DNA of 48,255 bases from an uncultured Candidatus Saccharibacteria bacterium (GTDB lineage Bacteria > Patescibacteriota > Minisyncoccia > Minisyncoccales > UBA1441): contig CAYLQR010000014.1 of the NCBI GenBank assembly GCA_964386365.1, positions 1 through 48,255 on the forward strand. The letters run 5' to 3'. Below, piece after piece: positions 43,864-48,255 of this stretch. Under the pieces are notes generated by a model that saw nothing but the letters and a program-made list of their open reading frames with translations, was not told the DNA's origin and did not search any database. Each line of letters begins with the position of its first letter. Position 1 is the first letter of the stretch. The position numbers and the translations under genes are program-made.

Positions 43864-44135
43864 AATCTATCTAAATGCTCCTTTGCCTCGCTGTAGGTAA
43901 GGGGCTTGGCCGACTTTTGCTTTTTTTTGATATCGTTTCTAATTTCTTTTAATAGAGCCTGCAATCCTTTATTGGGCGTTGGCGGAACAGAAAATAACAC
44001 TCTTTTTTCGCGCGCCAGCTCGCGTAGATAAGCATTTATTATAGTGCCCAGTGGCAAGCCAAGTTCTTTGGCTGCTCTTTGTGCATCCTCTTTAACTTTT
44101 TTGTCTGTTTTTATGCTTAGAACTGTTTTTTCCAT
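43860..44135 (-). CDS. RelB/DinJ-family antitoxin
   Basis: The N-terminus resembles DinJ/RelB-family antitoxins (LSIKTDKKVKEDAQRAAKELGLPLGTIINAYLRELA). 4 nt overlap with the toxin. Confidence 0.75.
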   Translation of the reverse strand: MEKTVLSIKTDKKVKEDAQRAAKELGLPLGTIINAYLRELAREKRVLFSVPPTPNKGLQALLKEIRNDIKKKQKSAKPLTYSEAKEHLDRL

Positions 44136-44144
44136 ATTAACCTC

Positions 44145-44185
44145 AGTATATACTCCGGTTATATTTTGTCAAGGAGTATAACCGG
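44145..44185 (-). promoter_or_regulatory. Putative TA cassette 2 promoter TTGACA-N16-TATACT with embedded inverted repeats
   Basis: On the minus strand, -35 at 44172-44167 and -10 at 44150-44145. The ATG at 44135 is 9 nt downstream. Inverted repeats CCGGTTATA (44155-44163) / TATAACCGG (44177-44185) and TATACTCC / GGAGTATA bracket the -35. Confidence 0.45.
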
Positions 44186-44188
44186 CTG

Positions 44189-44260
44189 TGCCCTCGACAG
44201 GAATCGAACCTGTATCCTTGACTCCGCAGGCCAAAGCTCTATCCGTTAAGCTACGAGGGC
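44189..44260 (-). tRNA. tRNA-Arg (anticodon GCG), CCA not encoded
   Basis: Hand-folded. Acceptor GCCCTCG/CGAGGGC, D arm GCTT..GAGC with GG, anticodon arm TTGGC-CTGCGGA-GTCAA, T arm ACAGG-TTCGATT-CCTGT, discriminator A. Confidence 0.85.
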
Positions 44261-44268
44261 TTAACTTA

Positions 44269-44298
44269 ATATTAACACAGAGCTTATAATATAATCAA
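44269..44298 (-). promoter_or_regulatory. Putative tRNA-Arg promoter TTGATT-N18-TAATAT
   Basis: On the minus strand, -35 at 44298-44293 and -10 at 44274-44269, 8 nt before the tRNA 5' end. Confidence 0.35.
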
Positions 44299-44363
44299 GA
44301 AAATTTATAATCACCTAAATTACTTAATCGGGAAATTACCATGTTGCCCCAACATCATAAAAT

Positions 44364-44392
44364 TTGACACCTCTTCAGTCGTCTATTAAAAT
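44364..44392 (+). promoter_or_regulatory. Putative TA cassette 3 promoter TTGACA-N17-TAAAAT
   Basis: Perfect -35 at 44364-44369 and -10 at 44387-44392. The ATG at 44401 is 8 nt downstream with no SD. Confidence 0.45.
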
Positions 44393-44400
44393 AAAAATAT

Positions 44401-44634
44401 ATGAGCAACTCAACTAAAAATTTAAGATTACCTAGGCAGGCCATCAAAGAGGATGGGCTAGTAATTTTGCCATTGAAAGAATATGAAAAAATGCGGAGAA
44501 AAATGGCAAAGTTAATAGAAGGGGAAAAAGCTCTAGTGGAAGAAACCAAGGTTTTAAAAATTGTTGCAGAAGGAGAAAGAGAATACAGAGGGGGTAAATT
44601 GAGACCAATCAGCTCCTTGGCGGAACTGGGTTGA
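44401..44634 (+). CDS. Putative antitoxin (Phd/YefM-like pattern)
   Basis: A 77 aa protein with GLVILPLKEYEKM.. Its stop overlaps the downstream toxin. Confidence 0.55.
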   Translation: MSNSTKNLRLPRQAIKEDGLVILPLKEYEKMRRKMAKLIEGEKALVEETKVLKIVAEGEREYRGGKLRPISSLAELG

Positions 44635-44636
44635 TT

Positions 44637-44900
44637 ATGATTATTTATCCTACTTCTAGGTTTAAAAAATCATATCAAAGATTGCCTATTTCCGTAAAAA
44701 ACAAAGCCAAGGAAAAGGATAGAATTTTCAGGGAGAATCCCTTTAACCCGATTCTTAATACTCATAAGCTCAAGGGAAAGTTTAAAAATTATCGTTCCTA
44801 TTCAGTAGATAAAAGTTATCGAGTTCTTTTTAGGTTTGAGAATAAGAACAAAGCGATTTATTTTGATATCGGTACTCATAAGATTTACAGGGAAAGATAA
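44637..44900 (+). CDS. RelE/YafQ-family type II toxin
   Basis: SRFKKSYQRLP.., NPFNPILNTHKLKGKFKNYRSYSVDKSYRVLFRF.., IYFDIGTHKIY. An alternative TTG start lies at 44631. Confidence 0.8.
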   Translation: MIIYPTSRFKKSYQRLPISVKNKAKEKDRIFRENPFNPILNTHKLKGKFKNYRSYSVDKSYRVLFRFENKNKAIYFDIGTHKIYRER

Positions 44901-44940
44901 TTAACAGAGAAGAGATAGATGTAAATAATTGTGCGAACGG

Positions 44941-44967
44941 CCACTATTTTTAAAATAGTGGTTTTTT
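44941..44967 (+). terminator. Intrinsic terminator
   Basis: CCACTATTT-tta-AAATAGTGG followed by TTTTTT. Confidence 0.65.
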
Positions 44968-45103
44968 GTTTCTTAGTTGAGGGCAACTCTTTATGTTTCT
45001 GCTAAAACTACTCAAAAATCTATTGGTGACAAAACTTGTCAATTTACTTTTTCCTTGTTATCTTTTATAATGATTTTTAATTTCTTTGGTCAAGAGGACA
45101 GTC

Positions 45104-45700
45104 ATGGACAAAAATTATTTCATTGCTTTGACAATTAATCTTTACCAGGCGACGGATGTTTTTCCGGACGAAGAACCTTTGAAATTTCTTCTCCGGAAAA
45201 GAGCTGATCAACTCTTAGAGGAATTGACTCCTCATCATTTTTCGGTTAATCTTACTTTAGAAAGAAGAAAGGCAGACGAGATTGAAAAGAAAATTCAATC
45301 TCTCCAATCTTTATTAAAAGTAGCTGAATCAAGAGAGGAAAGTGATTCCTTGACGATTTTTCTTTTGAGCGAGGAATATGAAAGAATTAAGGAAGAAATA
45401 GAAGGGCCTTGTTTTAGTAAAGGTTCAGAAAAAAAAGAAAGGAAAGTTGAGAATAATCCTCTGATAGAAAAAATAGAAGAAAAAGAAGATTTAAGTTTAA
45501 ATGAACGGCAGGAAAGAATTTTAAATTTGCTTCGTCAGGAATCGCATCTTCAAGCTAGAGAGATTGCCCAAAAGTTTTCGGGCGTTACTAGTCGGACTAT
45601 TCGTCGAGATTTAGAGATTTTAGTTAATCAGGGACGTTTAGAGCGAAGGAAAGAAGGCAGTCGTGTTCTTTATCAACCTTTTCCTGTGGATAAGTATTGA
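45104..45700 (+). CDS. Transcriptional regulator: N-terminal helical domain plus C-terminal DeoR-type winged HTH
   Basis: C-terminus LNERQERILNLLRQESHLQAREIAQKFSGVTSRTIRRDLEILVNQGRLERR, a DeoR-like HTH. The ATG at 45104 with an AAGAGGA SD is preferred over the TTG at 45086. Confidence 0.65.
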   Translation: MDKNYFIALTINLYQATDVFPDEEPLKFLLRKRADQLLEELTPHHFSVNLTLERRKADEIEKKIQSLQSLLKVAESREESDSLTIFLLSEEYERIKEEIEGPCFSKGSEKKERKVENNPLIEKIEEKEDLSLNERQERILNLLRQESHLQAREIAQKFSGVTSRTIRRDLEILVNQGRLERRKEGSRVLYQPFPVDKY

Positions 45701-45707
45701 ATTAAAT

Positions 45708-45864
45708 TGGACATGTCTGGACATAGTGGACAGAAGGTTGGACATTTATCAATAATTGCTGGACATGTCCTTGTCCTATGTTTTGTCAGGTTATAATCTA
45801 TCTTCTGTGAGGGAAAAGTGGACAAAGAAAGCTTAAAAGTAAAAAATTACTTTTTGTCTAGACA
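45708..45864 (+). repeat. Array of TGGACA(T) direct repeats and GACA/TGTC palindromes (candidate operator array)
   Basis: TGGACA at 45708, 45718, 45727, 45739, 45760 and 45819. Palindromes GACATGTC (45710-45717), GGACATGTCC (45761-45770) and TGTCTAGACA (45855-45864). A TATAAT lies at 45792-45797. Confidence 0.6.
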
Positions 45865-45934
45865 TTTATTACTAGGAAAAATTAAAACAGTTTTTAAAAT
45901 TTTCCCCTTTTCTGTATTAATTTCTTAATTTTTA

Positions 45935-46462
45935 ATGGATTCAAGAGCAAAGTTTAGTCGGCTTTATCATCACCAAGTAGAAAAAATTTACCGTTTTGTC
46001 TTTTTTAAGGTGGAAAGCAAGGAGGTGGCTGAAGACCTAACCTCTGAAGTCTTCCGCAAAGCCTGGTTGGTTTATGAAGCCAGTTTTGATCCAACTTCTC
46101 CTCAAGCTAAGCTTGAAAATCCTCGGGCGTTCCTTTATCAGGTAGCCAGAAATACTGTTATCGACTATTATCGTCGTCGACCAAAACAATCTTCCCTTTC
46201 CGAAGATCGTTTAGAAATAGTGGATTTTGCTCAAGATCCGGTTAAAGATCAAGATTTGGCTCTCGATTTAGCTAGAATCAAGAAAGCCTTGGCTGGAGTT
46301 AAAGAGGAATATCAGGAAATTCTTATTCAATATTACTTAAATAATCTTTCTTTAAGAGAGATTGCTAAAGATTCGGGGAAATCTTTAAATGCTGCTAAAA
46401 CTAGTCTTTATCGGGCTAGAAAAGCCCTTAAAGAGTCGCTTGAGAAGCAATCTTCCCTTTGA
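45935..46462 (+). CDS. ECF-type RNA polymerase sigma factor
   Basis: Region 2 (LYHHQVEKIYRFVFFKV.SKEVAEDLTSEVFRKAW, FLYQVARNTVIDYYRR) and region 4 HTH (LSLREIAKDSGKSLNAAKTSLYRARKAL). Confidence 0.85.
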   Translation: MDSRAKFSRLYHHQVEKIYRFVFFKVESKEVAEDLTSEVFRKAWLVYEASFDPTSPQAKLENPRAFLYQVARNTVIDYYRRRPKQSSLSEDRLEIVDFAQDPVKDQDLALDLARIKKALAGVKEEYQEILIQYYLNNLSLREIAKDSGKSLNAAKTSLYRARKALKESLEKQSSL

Positions 46463-46536
46463 AAAGAAGGAAAGAGCCCACTTTTAAAGCAGGCTCATTT
46501 AAAAAAGAGCTGAAACCCCTTTCGGGAAAGAAGATT

Positions 46537-46863
46537 TTAGCGATTGTTGGCAATAAAAAGATTAATCGCCCGTTCTATCTTTGGTTTGGCCAAAAGAAGG
46601 AATTCATCAACTGTTAGCTTGGCTAGCGTCAATCCCCAACGCTCTAAATCTCGGAGGAGATTAACAATGGCTAGATTTCCTTCTTGGATAAGATCCATAA
46701 AAGAAATCTCGTGGGGGATTTTTGTCTTTTCGGCAATTTCTTCGACTTTTTTAAGGCCGAGAGCGAGCAGATAATTCGTTGAAACCTGTCGGTGAAAGGA
46801 AATCTTTGTAAAATCTGATAAATCATTGTTATACAATCTCAATAGTCTCTGATTGAGGCACAT
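46537..46863 (-). CDS. Small sigma70-region-2-like protein (108 aa, no regions 3/4)
   Basis: ISFMDLIQEGNLAIVNLL matches the sigma70 region 2.2 signature (F.DLIQEGN.GL). An AAGGAG SD sits 7 nt upstream of the ATG. Confidence 0.55.
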   Translation of the reverse strand: MCLNQRLLRLYNNDLSDFTKISFHRQVSTNYLLALGLKKVEEIAEKTKIPHEISFMDLIQEGNLAIVNLLRDLERWGLTLAKLTVDEFLLLAKPKIERAINLFIANNR

Positions 46864-47074
46864 TTTTTTCTCCTTTCCAGATTATTTTTAGATTTTCCCC
46901 ATTTTTGGAAATGGGAAAGAGGAGTCGGCCGGCTTCTCCATCTTTGGCAGGGAAAAAGAGTCTTGGCTTCTTTTTCCTCTTCAGAAAACCTTCTTTTAAA
47001 GGGCATTTTTCCTCCTTTGGGGTCTTACTTTTCCCCTATTTGAATTATAAATCCCTAGAAAAAATATTTCAAGC

Positions 47075-47100
47075 TGTAACCTTTTTCCTTCTTCTGCGTC
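47075..47100 (+). promoter_or_regulatory. ECF-type promoter candidate TGTAAC-N16-CGTC
   Basis: TGTAAC at 47075-47080 and CGTC at 47097-47100, followed by AGGAGG (47110-47115) and the ATG at 47127. Confidence 0.4.
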
Positions 47101-47126
47101 TTATTTATTAGGAGGACATCTTAGTT

Positions 47127-47786
47127 ATGAAAGAAACAGAATTAATCAATCAAATTAAATCTTTGCAGGGAGTGAAACCAAGCCAAGCTTGGGTAGAAAA
47201 GACAGAAAGAAATATTTTAGGAGAAGAAAAGTCTTTCTCCTTTTCTTGGACTCCATTAGTCGCGAGTTTAGCGATAATGGGGGTTGTTCTAGCTGGAGTA
47301 GCTGGCTATTATTATTTCCCTCGAGAAACAACTTCGGTTGCTGAAAGTCCAAGTGTCTTCGATAATCAAATGGCTAGTTTAGCTCCTTCCTTAGAAAACC
47401 TGAAAGGACAAATCGATGAAGCTTCTGAAAACTTAAAGGTAATGGCTGAAGGGACTTCTCTTTCTTCAGAAAAGAAAGCGGTGATTCGAAAGACAATTGA
47501 AGAAAGTCAGCAGATTGTAGAAAAGATTCAAGCTTTGGATGAAAAACAAAGCCTGAGTTCTTTAATGAGTGAAGTAGAGACGAGTCGACAAGGTTTAATG
47601 ATTGAATTTACTCGTCGAGAGATTGAAAAATTAAAAGAACAAAAAGAAGAAGGCCTTTTGCCAGAAGAGAAAATGGAAGGGTTAGCGATGATTGAAGATT
47701 TAATGGCTGAAGGTCAGGCAGAGGAAGCTTTTTACCAGCTTCTTCTTTTGGAGAACGGCAGTTCTCCTTTAAATAATGATAATTGA
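47127..47786 (+). CDS. Single-pass membrane protein, possible anti-sigma or ECF-regulon envelope protein
   Basis: A ~40 aa cytoplasmic N-terminus, a TM helix (LVASLAIMGVVLAGVAGYYYF), and a coiled-coil exterior. A strong SD is present. Confidence 0.6.
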   Translation: MKETELINQIKSLQGVKPSQAWVEKTERNILGEEKSFSFSWTPLVASLAIMGVVLAGVAGYYYFPRETTSVAESPSVFDNQMASLAPSLENLKGQIDEASENLKVMAEGTSLSSEKKAVIRKTIEESQQIVEKIQALDEKQSLSSLMSEVETSRQGLMIEFTRREIEKLKEQKEEGLLPEEKMEGLAMIEDLMAEGQAEEAFYQLLLLENGSSPLNNDN

Positions 47787-47890
47787 CGGTCGTTAATTCT
47801 CCTTTTCTTTAGAAGAGAAAAGAGGGGAATTGGTCGGCAACGGTCAAAAGAGTAATTAAACAATTTAAGTTAAACAAGAAATTAATTCTT

Positions 47891-48255
47891 ATGAATTTAT
47901 CCCGAAAGATTTTAGCAGCCTTGACGAGTTTGACTTTGGTAATGATGATGGGTGGTCCTGTTGGCTCAGTTCGAGCTGATGAACCAACCGTCGAGAGCTT
48001 GCAAACAGAAATTGCCAGTTTGCAGGCTACCATTGATGAGCTAACAGCTCTTATCACAACTCTGTCGGGCGCAGGTACTACTCCAACGACTGGTGGGGCG
48101 ATTACCGGAGTTCCATCCGATTTTACTTTTGAGACTGACTTGCAACTAGGAGATTCAGGTGATGATGTCAACTATTTGCAAATTGTCTTGAATTCGGACC
48201 CGGCGACCCAGTTAGCTTCGGAGGGAGTAGGATCTCCTGGAAATGAGACTAGCTA
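47891..48255 (+). CDS. Secreted protein with a peptidoglycan-binding (PG_binding_1-like) domain, 3'-truncated by the window edge
   Basis: My own translation: MNLSRKILAALTSLTLVMMMGGPVGSVRA (signal peptide), a coiled segment, then DLQLGDSGDDVNYLQIVLNSDP..GSPGNETS. It is absent from the ORF track because no stop falls within the window. Confidence 0.65.
   Translation, partial: MNLSRKILAALTSLTLVMMMGGPVGSVRADEPTVESLQTEIASLQATIDELTALITTLSGAGTTPTTGGAITGVPSDFTFETDLQLGDSGDDVNYLQIVLNSDPATQLASEGVGSPGNETS

Noticed and set aside
45685-45693. Perfect DnaA-box 9-mer TGTGGATAA (complement TTATCCACA) next to GTGGACA-type repeats and an AT-rich stretch, raising the possibility of an oriC or DnaA-titration site.
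   Set aside because: A single perfect 9-mer is not unexpected by chance in 48 kb counting both strands. The neighbouring repeats match the DnaA consensus only at 6-8 of 9 positions, and no dnaA, dnaN or other origin-linked genes are nearby. An operator array is the simpler reading. DnaA binding is not excluded and could be tested by ChIP or EMSA.
46905-47111. 68 aa plus-strand ORF in the spacer upstream of the membrane protein gene.
   Set aside because: It has no SD and a low-complexity F/L/S-rich product, and it overlaps the ECF-type promoter candidate. It is more likely non-coding leader or promoter DNA.
47809-48171. 120 aa minus-strand ORF at the right end.
   Set aside because: It is antisense to a plus-strand reading frame that has a start codon, a clear signal peptide and a peptidoglycan-binding motif. 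The minus ORF is low-complexity (S/P/V-rich) with no start context, so it is a shadow ORF.
1-48255. Alternative genetic code (UGA as a sense codon, as in some candidate-phyla lineages), prophage or transposon content, and rRNA genes.
   Set aside because: TGA terminates several conserved genes at the expected length (lepB, metG, tatD) and does not interrupt any conserved ORF. No integrase, transposase, phage structural gene or rRNA-like sequence was recognised.

Overview
This is an AT-rich, gene-dense 48.3 kb bacterial window that uses the standard genetic code (TAA, TAG and TGA all terminate conserved genes). It is mostly housekeeping. Contents: five aminoacyl-tRNA synthetases (ileS 5'-truncated, glyQS, metG, leuS, hisS), recO, rsmI, tatD, glmS, a two-subunit 2-oxoacid:ferredoxin oxidoreductase, yvcK, a GlmU-like nucleotidyltransferase, xth, topA, pth, lepB, rpsU, ftsA-ftsZ, comEC, dgkA, htrA, clpB, mscS and recG. 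It also holds two tRNAs (Leu-CAA, Arg-GCG), three RelE/YafQ-type toxin-antitoxin cassettes, and an HTH-regulator / ECF-sigma cluster at the right end. The compact genes, the OFOR, the short ComEC and a giant pilin-like surface protein fit a small-genome CPR/Patescibacteria-like organism, but that is inference only. No rRNA, CRISPR array, transposase or integrase was recognised. The observations most worth a second look are: (1) a complete histidine-phosphatase (PGM-like) domain intercalated inside IleRS; (2) a ~178 nt strand-specific structured RNA candidate between pth and topA, with its own promoter and intrinsic terminator; (3) a 910 aa pilin-like protein with 14 tandem propeller-type repeats next to comEC; (4) an FtsZ lacking the C-terminal tail and carrying a degenerate T7 loop; (5) a dense TGGACA(T) repeat/palindrome array between an HTH regulator and an ECF sigma gene, followed by a sigma-region-2-only mini-protein and an ECF-type promoter; (6) operon-head promoters placed so close to the start codon that the mRNAs should be leaderless. 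All protein calls rest on motif recognition by eye in the supplied translations. No database search, HMM, folding program or tRNA scanner was run. Coordinates I derived myself (promoters, hairpins, RNA ends) may be off by 1-2 nt.
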